A DNA stretch of 64,000 nucleotides from NCBI GenBank assembly GCA_934272785.1, contig CAKQSE010000007.1, forward strand, positions 1,151 through 65,150, written 5' to 3'. Position numbers and translations under genes: made by a program. Below, piece after piece: positions 9,246-17,120 of this stretch. Each line of letters begins with the position of its first letter. Position 1 is the stretch's first letter. This DNA is from an uncultured Alphaproteobacteria bacterium (GTDB lineage Bacteria > Pseudomonadota > Alphaproteobacteria > Rs-D84). The notes under the pieces were generated by a model that ran no database searches, was not told where the DNA came from, and saw nothing but the letters and a program-made list of their open reading frames with translations.

Positions 9246-10413
9246 ATATTTTGTTTTCATTTTCAAAATCTTCATATGTACCAAGTTTTTTAAAGTTGAT
9301 ATTATAACTGTTGTCGCTATTTTTTGATATTTCTATGCTATCTATGCCTTTCTGTATAAGTATATCATAAGTCAATAGCTCTCCTTCTGCCAATCGGAGT
9401 ACTTTTCTTAATAGCCATTTACCTAGATCTTTGTTGGGGTTACTCATTAGTGCCTTGTTGCCTTCTTGGCACACCTTTGCAGATAAAATTGTTTTATCGC
9501 TGTCTGGTAAAACAAGGTTAAATGGAATATCTCTGTTTGGAAAGAAGTGTGGAAAACTTTTGTGTATCCAGGCTGGAATAGGAATATACACTTCGTCTGG
9601 ATCGCGTTCACGTCCCTGGGCGTTCCATTGATTTAGCCCGCTACGTTCAGGAACTTTTTTTATTCCACCTCTATTGGAATACAGGGGTAATACAACGTGT
9701 TCTGTGATGTTTGGGGTCGGCGCAAGTGTTTCAACTGCTTGCTCCAATGGTAAGTGTTCTTGTAGCAAATCCTGTAATACTAAATATGGATCTTCGTATA
9801 TAGGAACATCAAAGTCGGTTAATGGGTCAACTTGAAATTTCTTAAACAGGGTTGACTTTGAGATGTTGAAGCAATATTCATTATGTCTGTCGTTGAAATA
9901 AACGGTATTATTTGTGGATTTGTGTATTCCATTGATATTTGGAATATCTATCAGATCCATGCCGGTTTCATATATAATGAAACGCTTGTCTGTTCGGACC
10001 ACGCAGTGATAGAGCAATTTTTCTAGGGCAACGCCGGTTATATCAACAGTTGTTGTTATGCGTTGGTTTCGCAGCTCTGCGATTGTGGTTATTAATGTAT
10101 GAACGTCTGTAAGTTCGGCATTTGCAAACAAATTACGTTGCCGGTTGAATTCTGCTATTTTCTCAATACAACAGCCATTTTTATACAAAAATGTTTTTAA
10201 TCCAATGCCGTATTCTCCTTTTGAGGCATCTATTGAGATATCGCTACGGGCTAAATTTGTTGCCCCAAATGCCTTGCAAAAGATGTTTTCTGCCATTCTA
10301 TAATACAGATACGGCACATCGCTATCACTGGATAGTCTGGATAAAGAACCGATGATGCGAAGCAATTGTTTATAATCCCGCTGCAACAAAGGTGTTTGAA
10401 TATCATAAAACAA
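9244..10413 (-). CDS. Putative type II restriction endonuclease
   Basis: 389-aa ORF starting immediately after the stop of the C5-methyltransferase gene (no gap). It is strongly AT-rich like its partner. From memory, the C-terminal segment SGLNQWNAQGRERDPDEVYIPIP...KALMSNPNK...LL resembles the B3-like DNA-binding domain of BfiI/NgoFVII-type enzymes. I could not verify this family assignment. Confidence 0.55.
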   Translation of the reverse strand: MFYDIQTPLLQRDYKQLLRIIGSLSRLSSDSDVPYLYYRMAENIFCKAFGATNLARSDISIDASKGEYGIGLKTFLYKNGCCIEKIAEFNRQRNLFANAELTDVHTLITTIAELRNQRITTTVDITGVALEKLLYHCVVRTDKRFIIYETGMDLIDIPNINGIHKSTNNTVYFNDRHNEYCFNISKSTLFKKFQVDPLTDFDVPIYEDPYLVLQDLLQEHLPLEQAVETLAPTPNITEHVVLPLYSNRGGIKKVPERSGLNQWNAQGRERDPDEVYIPIPAWIHKSFPHFFPNRDIPFNLVLPDSDKTILSAKVCQEGNKALMSNPNKDLGKWLLRKVLRLAEGELLTYDILIQKGIDSIEISKNSDNSYNINFKKLGTYEDFENENKI

Positions 10414-11367
10414 CTAGGATACCTTTTTTATGGCTTTTATTATTTCTTTGGCAACAGCTTCTATAATTGGGACAGATACAGAATTCCCGAATTGCTTATA
10501 AAGTGCAGACGTGGCAATCATTGGAAGTTTGTAACTGTCTGGAAATCCTTGAAATCTTGCGCATTCTCGTGGGGTTAGTTTGCGTACGCCCTGTGAATCT
10601 ACGACCAGTGGGACGTTGTGACCGCCCATGCCCATATTAGCTGTCAGTGTCGGGCATAAATTATTTTTATTCTCACGTAAATATACCCTTCGCCATTGAT
10701 AGACGGTGCAACGGTTTGTCATCCCCTTTTGTAGCATTGGATAAAGGGAGGAATTTTTGTCATAGTAGTATCTGCTATCCACATTGTTTTCCAATAACTC
10801 ACAGATGTTTTTGCGTTTTTTTGCTTTTGTGGGAAACTGAAACGCATTGCAGACATCTTTGTTTTTGAATGCAATGATATAAATACGTTCTCTGTTTTGG
10901 GGGACATCGGAATATTCACAGGTGTTTAATACTTTGTACTTTACGTAATAACCACGTTTTTCCAATTCATGCAATATTACTTTGAATGTATTGCCTTTGT
11001 CATGTCGTTCTAAATTTTTGACATTTTCCAAGAAAAGATACTTAGGGTGAATAGAATCCACCAGGCGCATAATTTCAAAAAATAATGTGCCACGGGTATC
11101 GCTAAACCCTTTCCGATAGCCCGCTATGCTAAATGCCTGGCAGGGGAACCCGCCAGCTATCATATCTACCTTGGGCAAGCTATCAGGATTTAGCTTTTGT
11201 ATTTCGCATTCGTATAATTTATGTTTGAAATTTGTTGAATATGTCTTGCACGCGTTGTGATCCATTTCATTGGCCCACAAAATTTTGAACCCAGCGCGTT
11301 TCAATCCCAGTGCAATACCACCAATACCTGCAAATAAATCTGCAACAGTAATGCCATTGTTTTGCAT
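10414..11367 (-). CDS. DNA (cytosine-5)-methyltransferase
   Basis: Motif I FAGIGG, motif IV GFPCQAFS, motif VI ENVKNL, motif VIII QNRERIY and motif X GNSVSVP. Confidence 0.95.
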   Translation of the reverse strand: MQNNGITVADLFAGIGGIALGLKRAGFKILWANEMDHNACKTYSTNFKHKLYECEIQKLNPDSLPKVDMIAGGFPCQAFSIAGYRKGFSDTRGTLFFEIMRLVDSIHPKYLFLENVKNLERHDKGNTFKVILHELEKRGYYVKYKVLNTCEYSDVPQNRERIYIIAFKNKDVCNAFQFPTKAKKRKNICELLENNVDSRYYYDKNSSLYPMLQKGMTNRCTVYQWRRVYLRENKNNLCPTLTANMGMGGHNVPLVVDSQGVRKLTPRECARFQGFPDSYKLPMIATSALYKQFGNSVSVPIIEAVAKEIIKAIKKVS

Positions 11368-11443
11368 AGATGTTCCCCTTTGTGAAATAAAAAATACCGC
11401 CCAGTAAAGACAAGGCGGTCGGGGAGTTCAAAAATCATATTCG

Positions 11444-11779
11444 TTAAATGACTCTGATGGTCTTTCGGAAAACCGTATTATATACACCACCAGCTCCCCG
11501 ACACACATGCCAGGGATATAACGGCGCAGAAAAGCACCGAAACACCAGATAGCGGTGCTTTTGCACCGAACGAATAGAGGCTTTTGACAACCCCGAACCA
11601 GTGTCCCCACTGATTCTGCTGTAGATTATATCGTGATATCTCTGCAAATCAAAATACTTTTTCTCAAAAAGACTTATAAAAGTTGTGTGGTCCTGGTCGG
11701 ATTGTAATTCCCATCCAAAATCATACCAATCGCCGATGGCTCTTGGTGATTTTGGTGGACCCCTTTCACTGCGCGACAC
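11444..11779 (-). CDS. Hypothetical ORF, possibly a decayed gene remnant
   Basis: 111-aa ORF. The N-terminal half looks protein-like and the C-terminal half is Cys/Arg-rich junk-like. It lies between the R-M cassette and the tRNA-Leu fragments. Confidence 0.2.
   Translation of the reverse strand: MSRSERGPPKSPRAIGDWYDFGWELQSDQDHTTFISLFEKKYFDLQRYHDIIYSRISGDTGSGLSKASIRSVQKHRYLVFRCFSAPLYPWHVCRGAGGVYNTVFRKTIRVI
11686..11705 (-). repeat. Partial copy of the 3' end of tRNA-Leu(CAA) (att-like scar)
   Basis: tgtggtcctggtcggattgt compared with the tRNA 3' end tggtggccctggtcggactc at 12129-12148. Confidence 0.6.
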
Positions 11780-11930
11780 GTTACGTGTCGCTTGTTCCGA
11801 ACCGACGGTTCTCGTCCGCCCAGGGCAAAAATAAAAACCACCAAAATGATGGTTTATATCAGTTTCGCTTGGGGCATCGCCCCGCGCGGCATTCCTGACG
11901 CATCGCGATAAATCGCTCTGCTACTCATAG

Positions 11931-11951
11931 TGGTGGCCCTGGTTGGATTGT
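11931..11951 (-). repeat. Partial copy of the 3' end of tRNA-Leu(CAA) (att-like scar)
   Basis: tggtggccctggttggattgt. The first 13 nt are identical to 12129-12141, and it continues ggattgt like the copy at 11686. Confidence 0.65.
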
Positions 11952-12092
11952 TCGCTGCGTGGCGCACACGCCACTGGCGCACCATACGTAAGGCGCGAAC
12001 GGCGCGCAAACGAATTGCGCTTGTTCTTGCCAACTTGCATGACGAACCGACTGTGTCGTTTCTTCGTCCGACCAGAAAAACACAACGTTAAA

Positions 12093-12121
12093 TAAAAAAC
12101 ACCCAAATGGGTGTTTTTTTA
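12093..12121 (-). terminator. Rho-independent terminator downstream of tRNA-Leu(CAA)
   Basis: caccc-aaat-gggtg hairpin flanked by an A-run and a T-run. Confidence 0.7.
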
Positions 12122-12128
12122 TTTAATC

Positions 12129-12213
12129 TGGTGGCCCTGGTCGGACTCGAACCGACACTCCTTGCAGAACTTGATTTTGAGTCAAGCGCGTCTACCAATT
12201 CCGCCACGGGGCC
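12129..12213 (-). tRNA. tRNA-Leu (anticodon CAA)
   Basis: Hand-folded 85-nt class II tRNA: acceptor GGCCCCG/CAGGGCC (one C-A mismatch), D-arm GCG-GAATTGGTAGA-CGC, anticodon loop CTCAAAA, long variable arm, T-arm GTCGG-TTCGAGT-CCGAC and an encoded CCA. Confidence 0.88.
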
Positions 12214-12228
12214 AAAACCAATACGCGA

Positions 12229-12603
12229 TTATTTCGCGGCGGCTTTCTTGGCTTCTACTTTTTTAACCAAGCGGGCACTGCGTGCAGGTTTGTGAACCGG
12301 CTTTTTCGCAGGTGCGGTGGCCTTGCCTTGTTTCTTTTCAATCGCTTTTTTAATCGCGACCATATCATCGGTCAAACGTGATACAGGCTTTGACATTACG
12401 TATGCGTCCAGACCGCCATGCTTGGTCAATGTGCGCAGGCCAGCCGTAGAAATACGCAATGAAAAATCACGATTTAAAATATCGCTGTGGAACTTTAATT
12501 TTTGCAGATTTGGCAAGAACGTGCGCTTTGTATGACGCATAGAGTGGGAAACGTTCATCCCAACCTCTGTTTTCTTACCTGTAACTTTACATACACGTGG
12601 CAT
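12229..12603 (-). CDS. rpmB: 50S ribosomal protein L28 with a Lys/Ala-rich C-terminal tail
   Basis: MPRVCKVTGKK...NVSHS..HTKR.F.PNLQ core. 124 aa. Confidence 0.92.
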   Translation of the reverse strand: MPRVCKVTGKKTEVGMNVSHSMRHTKRTFLPNLQKLKFHSDILNRDFSLRISTAGLRTLTKHGGLDAYVMSKPVSRLTDDMVAIKKAIEKKQGKATAPAKKPVHKPARSARLVKKVEAKKAAAK

Positions 12604-12680
12604 ATCAATAATCCTTTAATAACTGGGGCATAATTTATACTAAATTTCCCGAAATGTCAAGTAATGTTTTACTTTTTTGT

Positions 12681-14123
12681 TCATTTCGCGCCGTGCGATG
12701 GTGACAACAGGTCAGTTGCCACCTTGACCGGGGTGAAAGTTGTCGCCGGCACCGCAACGAAAACCGTGTTCCACCGCGCCATTGCGCCGTTCCACAGTCC
12801 CGGGCGTTCCATCGCGCGCAGGGCGCGCCCGCCAGACGATTTTTCCGAAATGAATCCCGTTCTGGGGTCGACAAATACCGTTAAATCAAACGGTTTGCCG
12901 TGCGCATCACGCACGCCACAGACCAAATCTACCGGGTTAAAGTGTGATGATGTGTTCATTATATCGCGGGCGGCGGGTGCAATTTGGCTGGATTCCACGA
13001 TTTGCAGGGATTCTGTGCCATTTTCGTCCCGCACCCAGAACGGGCCACCCCCCGGCGCGCCGATGTTTTTCACCACGCCGCACACGCGAATTGGGCGGTT
13101 TAATACCGCGCGTAATTCATCGGCGGTTGCCGTTGGCGCGATATGCATACCCAGGTCGCGTGTGACAAACGCGCGAATTTCGTCCAAATCATGCGCCGCG
13201 AAATTATCCAGGTATTCAAACGCGCGCGCCTGTAATGTCAACAGCAATCCCGCCAGTGCGCGTTTATATTTGATTGTGTCGCCGCGCAATTCGTCGGTTG
13301 TGACATTATCAATGTTCTTGACGAATACGATATCGGCGTCAATATCGTTCAGGTTTTCAATCAGTGCGCCGTGTCCCGCCGGTCGGAACAGTAATTTGCC
13401 ATCATCTGTGCGGAACGGCGTGTTGTCCGGATTTACGGCGATTGTATCGGTTGATGCGCGCTGGTTCGACATTGTTATATCATATTTTACACCATACTTT
13501 GCACCATATTCCGGCACCGCCCGCGCCAGGATTGCGTGGAATCCCGCCATATGTTCGGGCGACACGGTAAAGTGGATATGCACGGTGCCGTTTGCGGTGG
13601 CATACTGGGCCCCCTCGGCCAGGTGCTCTTCGACGGCGGTGCGGCTGTAATTGTCATATTTGTGGAACGCAATCAGCCCCTTGGGCAGATTGCCGTAATT
13701 CAGGCCCGCATTGGTCAAAATGCATGCGATTTTATCGTGATCACTGGCGTCATCGGGCAAAAATTGTTTCAGGTCGTCCCAGAACGCGAATTTGTCCAGG
13801 TTGTCCAGCACGCGCCGCGTCACATCGTTCATTGTGCCGGTGTTCAAGAATTCAAACAAATCGCGAAACATACGGGTTGCCGCGCCAGATGCGGGAACAA
13901 ACTTTACAATTTTATGGTCGTGCGTGGCGGCGGTATATATTTCGGTATATCGCGCGATGTCCGCGTCAGATAATTCGGTAATGCCGTCGCCGACGGTTGC
14001 CGGTCGCGAGATATTTGTATATGGAAATCCGCGCGCAAAATCCGCCAGTTGCGCCATAATTGCGTCCACCGTCAGGCCGTGATTTTTTATTTGTTCGATA
14101 TCTGTGTTGGAAAATTCTGTCAT
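12681..14123 (-). CDS. DUF4301-like protein (nucleotidyltransferase-like)
   Basis: 480 aa from ATG 14123 (MTEFSN). Motifs FVPASGAATRMF, LFRPAGHGALIENLN, APGGGPFW, HFNPVD and PGLWNGAMA match my recollection of the DUF4301 family. The ORF-track start at 14300 would run into the clpB gene. Confidence 0.6.
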   Translation of the reverse strand: MTEFSNTDIEQIKNHGLTVDAIMAQLADFARGFPYTNISRPATVGDGITELSDADIARYTEIYTAATHDHKIVKFVPASGAATRMFRDLFEFLNTGTMNDVTRRVLDNLDKFAFWDDLKQFLPDDASDHDKIACILTNAGLNYGNLPKGLIAFHKYDNYSRTAVEEHLAEGAQYATANGTVHIHFTVSPEHMAGFHAILARAVPEYGAKYGVKYDITMSNQRASTDTIAVNPDNTPFRTDDGKLLFRPAGHGALIENLNDIDADIVFVKNIDNVTTDELRGDTIKYKRALAGLLLTLQARAFEYLDNFAAHDLDEIRAFVTRDLGMHIAPTATADELRAVLNRPIRVCGVVKNIGAPGGGPFWVRDENGTESLQIVESSQIAPAARDIMNTSSHFNPVDLVCGVRDAHGKPFDLTVFVDPRTGFISEKSSGGRALRAMERPGLWNGAMARWNTVFVAVPATTFTPVKVATDLLSPSHGAK

Positions 14124-14193
14124 AATGGTTATTCCCCTGTATTGTCCCCCAGAATAATACAAAAAAAATTTGTGCGCAATATATTCCTGGTGC

Positions 14194-14221
14194 CTTGAAA
14201 ACAGGGCATATGGTATTATAT
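14194..14221 (+). promoter_or_regulatory. Candidate RpoH-type promoter of clpB
   Basis: CTTGAAA at 14194-14200. CTTG plus a 17-nt spacer is followed by ATTATAT (14215-14221), about 47 nt upstream of the clpB ATG. Confidence 0.4.
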
Positions 14222-14267
14222 ATCCATCAACGAAAATAAATAACAAATCACAGGAGGATTTATAACC

Positions 14268-16325
14268 ATGAATCCAGAAGAAATGCAAGAAACGCCGCAA
14301 CAGGCGATAGAAAAATATACGACAGATTTTACCAAACTGGCGTCTGATGGAAAATTGGACCCGGTGATTGGTCGTGACGAGGAAATTCGCCGCACAATCC
14401 AGGTATTGTCACGTCGAACAAAAAATAATCCGGTGCTGATTGGTAATCCGGGTGTTGGTAAAACCGCAATTGTCGAAGGGTTGGCGGAACGAATCGTTTC
14501 GGGCGACGTGCCGGAAAATCTGTTAAAGAAAAAACTGTTGTCGCTGGATATGGGCGCGCTGATGGCGGGCGCAATGTTCCGTGGCCAGTTCGAGGCACGA
14601 TTTAAGGCGATTTTAAAGGCGGTCAAAGAAGCCGATGGCGGAATTATTCTGTTCATTGACGAATTGCACACGTTGGTCGGTGCCGGCAAGGGCGAGGGCA
14701 GCATGGATGCCGGTAACCTGTTAAAGCCGATGTTGGCGCGTGGCGAATTGCACTGTTTGGGTGCAACGACACTGGATGAATATCGCCAGTATATTGAAAA
14801 AGACCCGGCACTGGCGCGCCGGTTCCAGCCCGTATATGTGGACGAACCGACCGTTGACGACACGATTTCAATCTTGCGCGGTCTGAAAGAAAAATACGAG
14901 GGGCACCATGGGGTGCGGATTTCGGATTCTGCGCTGGTGTCGGCGGTGAAATTATCGAATCGGTATATCACGGACAGATTCCTGCCGGACAAGGCGATTG
15001 ACCTGATAGACGAGGCCGCCGCCCGTGTCCGTATTGAAATCGCGTCCAAGCCCGAGAAGTTGGACGAGGTTGACCGTCACCTGATGCAGCTGAAAATCGA
15101 ACAACAGGCGTTGAAAAAAGAAAAAGACGCAGATTCTAAAAAACGCTTGGGCGAATTGGATAAACTGATTGCCGAATTGCAGACCGAATCGGATAAAATG
15201 ACCGCCGATTGGCGGGCCGAGCAGGGCAAGATGCGTGCACTGTCCGACGCGATGGCGGCGTTGGATGCCGCCAAGGCCGAGGTTGCAACCGCAATGCGCA
15301 ACGGCGATTATGAAAAGGCGTCTGCCCTGCAATATGGCAAGGTCCCAGAATTAGAGGAACAAATTCGCAAATTAAACGCCGATGCGCGCGAGTACAAGAC
15401 GGTTTTGCCGGAACACATTGCCGCGGTTGTCAGCAAATGGACGGGCGTGCCGGCGGACAAATTGACAATGGAAGAACAGTCAAAACTGTTAAATATCGAA
15501 GACGAATTACGTCGTCGTGTTGTGGGCCAGGATCACGCACTGACGGTTGTTGCACGTGCAATTCGCCGCAGTCGTGCGGGCCTGTCCGATCCGCATCGTC
15601 CCGCGGGCAGTTTTATGTTCCTGGGGCCGACCGGCGTCGGCAAGACCGAGGTTGCCAAGGCCCTGGCCGAGTATCTGTTTAACGACGATACGGCCATGAC
15701 CCGAATCGATATGAGTGAATATATGGAACCGCATTCGGTTTCGCGCCTGATTGGCAGTCCCCCGGGATATGTCGGATATGAACAGGGTGGTGTGCTGACC
15801 GAATCGGTGCGTCGCCGTCCATACCAGGTATTGCTGTTTGATGAAATTGAAAAGGCAAACCCAGATGTGTTTAATGTTTTCCTGCAAATCTTGGACGATG
15901 GTCGTTTGACCGATGGCCAGGGTCACGTGGTGAACTTTACTAACACAATCATCATCATGACCAGCAATCTGCCGTCAATGGATGCGGTGAAACATCATTT
16001 CCGCCCAGAATTCATCAACCGTATTGATGAAATCGTGTTCTTTAACCCATTGGGCAAGGACGTTATGGCGGGTATTGTGAAAATTCAGTTGCGCAACCTG
16101 TCGCGCCGTTTGGCGGAACGTCGTATAACACTGGATGTGTCGGATGCCGCGATTAAATGGTTGGGCGACAACGGATATGACGAAGCGTTTGGCGCGCGCC
16201 CGTTAAAACGTCTGATTACGTCGGCGGTCGAAGATAAAATCGCAGATCTGATTTTGTCTGGCACCGTGGGCGAGGGCAGCACCGTCTATGTCGATGTTCA
16301 CGGCAAAGAATTGACCGTAAAATAA
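14268..16325 (+). CDS. clpB: Chaperone ClpB, natively lacking the N-terminal domain
   Basis: Two AAA+ modules (GNPGVGKT and GPTGVGKT), a coiled-coil middle domain, and the [12 protein letters not shown] signature 30 aa from the start. RBS CAGGAGGA. 685 aa. Confidence 0.93.
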   Translation: MNPEEMQETPQQAIEKYTTDFTKLASDGKLDPVIGRDEEIRRTIQVLSRRTKNNPVLIGNPGVGKTAIVEGLAERIVSGDVPENLLKKKLLSLDMGALMAGAMFRGQFEARFKAILKAVKEADGGIILFIDELHTLVGAGKGEGSMDAGNLLKPMLARGELHCLGATTLDEYRQYIEKDPALARRFQPVYVDEPTVDDTISILRGLKEKYEGHHGVRISDSALVSAVKLSNRYITDRFLPDKAIDLIDEAAARVRIEIASKPEKLDEVDRHLMQLKIEQQALKKEKDADSKKRLGELDKLIAELQTESDKMTADWRAEQGKMRALSDAMAALDAAKAEVATAMRNGDYEKASALQYGKVPELEEQIRKLNADAREYKTVLPEHIAAVVSKWTGVPADKLTMEEQSKLLNIEDELRRRVVGQDHALTVVARAIRRSRAGLSDPHRPAGSFMFLGPTGVGKTEVAKALAEYLFNDDTAMTRIDMSEYMEPHSVSRLIGSPPGYVGYEQGGVLTESVRRRPYQVLLFDEIEKANPDVFNVFLQILDDGRLTDGQGHVVNFTNTIIIMTSNLPSMDAVKHHFRPEFINRIDEIVFFNPLGKDVMAGIVKIQLRNLSRRLAERRITLDVSDAAIKWLGDNGYDEAFGARPLKRLITSAVEDKIADLILSGTVGEGSTVYVDVHGKELTVK

Positions 16326-16347
16326 TGTGTTTTATGTGCATGAAAAA

Positions 16348-16377
16348 AGCCCCGCATTTGCGGGGCTTTCTGTTTTT
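16348..16377 (+). terminator. Rho-independent terminator after clpB
   Basis: agccccgc-attt-gcggggct hairpin followed by a T-rich run. Confidence 0.75.
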
Positions 16378-16388
16378 ACGCATGTCGT

Positions 16389-17105
16389 TTATTTTTGATT
16401 CGCCATTGCCAATTTGCGTTGCAATAATGCGCGAACAAATTCTGCGCGTGCGGCGGCATCCATGGCGTTTGGCGCGCGATTCTGTAATGCGGCGGCACGC
16501 ATTGGAATGCCAACATTTGCGGTGACGGGTGCGCGCAATGAATATGGCACGGTTACGCGGGCCGATATCGCCGGACGCACATCACGCACCGGCAACGGGC
16601 GCATTGCGTTTTTACGGATATTTTTGGCACGTGCACGCACGCGACGGCGCACCTTCTTTTTCTTGCGACGTTTTGCAACCGTGATTGGTGTGCCGACGGT
16701 CATTGCATTTGCAAATTGCAGTTTCGGCATAACACCATTTTGACGCAGTAATAACTGGACAAAATCGGCGTGATTGGTGTCAAACACGCTGGAATAATAA
16801 AAACGGTTTGTTGCGGCGTCAAACGCGATTTCTGCGGTGCCGTTCTGAATCAACGGTGGCATTTCGCCCGTTTTTGTGTTGACCAGATACAGTTTATTTT
16901 CCATCCCATGCGGTGTTACAACCGTGCGACGAATTGCAACGTATGGCATATTTGGAAATGTTGCGACAACCTGGAACGGTTGTGATGCAAATCCAATGCC
17001 ACGTACGCGGCGCAACCGGCCAAACATGTCGGTCATATACAGGGCATAACGCCCGCCCGCGGTTTTAATACATTTAAAATTGTTATTTTGTGTTACCTTA
17101 TTCAT
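16389..17105 (-). CDS. Hypothetical protein with a polybasic tract
   Basis: 238-aa ORF 15 nt downstream of the msbA-like gene on the same strand. Central KRRKKKKVRRRVRARAK tract and an Ala/Arg/Pro-rich C-terminus. Confidence 0.55.
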   Translation of the reverse strand: MNKVTQNNNFKCIKTAGGRYALYMTDMFGRLRRVRGIGFASQPFQVVATFPNMPYVAIRRTVVTPHGMENKLYLVNTKTGEMPPLIQNGTAEIAFDAATNRFYYSSVFDTNHADFVQLLLRQNGVMPKLQFANAMTVGTPITVAKRRKKKKVRRRVRARAKNIRKNAMRPLPVRDVRPAISARVTVPYSLRAPVTANVGIPMRAAALQNRAPNAMDAAARAEFVRALLQRKLAMANQK

Positions 17106-17120
17106 TTAAAACATGCCTCT

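Noticed and set aside
9700-9950. PLD/HKD nuclease motif in the putative restriction enzyme (segment GIHKSTNNTVYFND)
   Set aside because: The residues read H-K-S, not H-x-K-x4-D, so the HKD signature is not satisfied. The catalytic family is left unassigned.
11444-11779. Remnant of a Vsr very-short-patch repair endonuclease next to the C5-methyltransferase
   Set aside because: None of the Vsr motifs (PGRPDF, HGCFWH, IWEC) is found in any of the three minus-strand frames I inspected.
11921-12106. Possible two-piece (permuted) tmRNA or a 61-aa ORF, because the segment ends in ...CCAGGGCCACCA like an acceptor arm
   Set aside because: The acceptor would have C3:G70, not the G3:U70 alanine identity pair. 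No ANDN...AA-type tag frame is present in any frame I translated. The match is simply a 13-20 nt copy of the tRNA-Leu 3' end, and the ORF has junk-like composition.
12664-13650. Long antisense ORFs opposite real genes (12664-13650, 14216-15049, 7754-8335, 50491-51306, 51825-52793, 34666-35256, 38528-39055, 59992-60678)
   Set aside because: Each lies entirely within a gene that has unambiguous family motifs on the other strand. The antisense products are low-complexity (Arg/Ser/Ala-rich) with no motifs.
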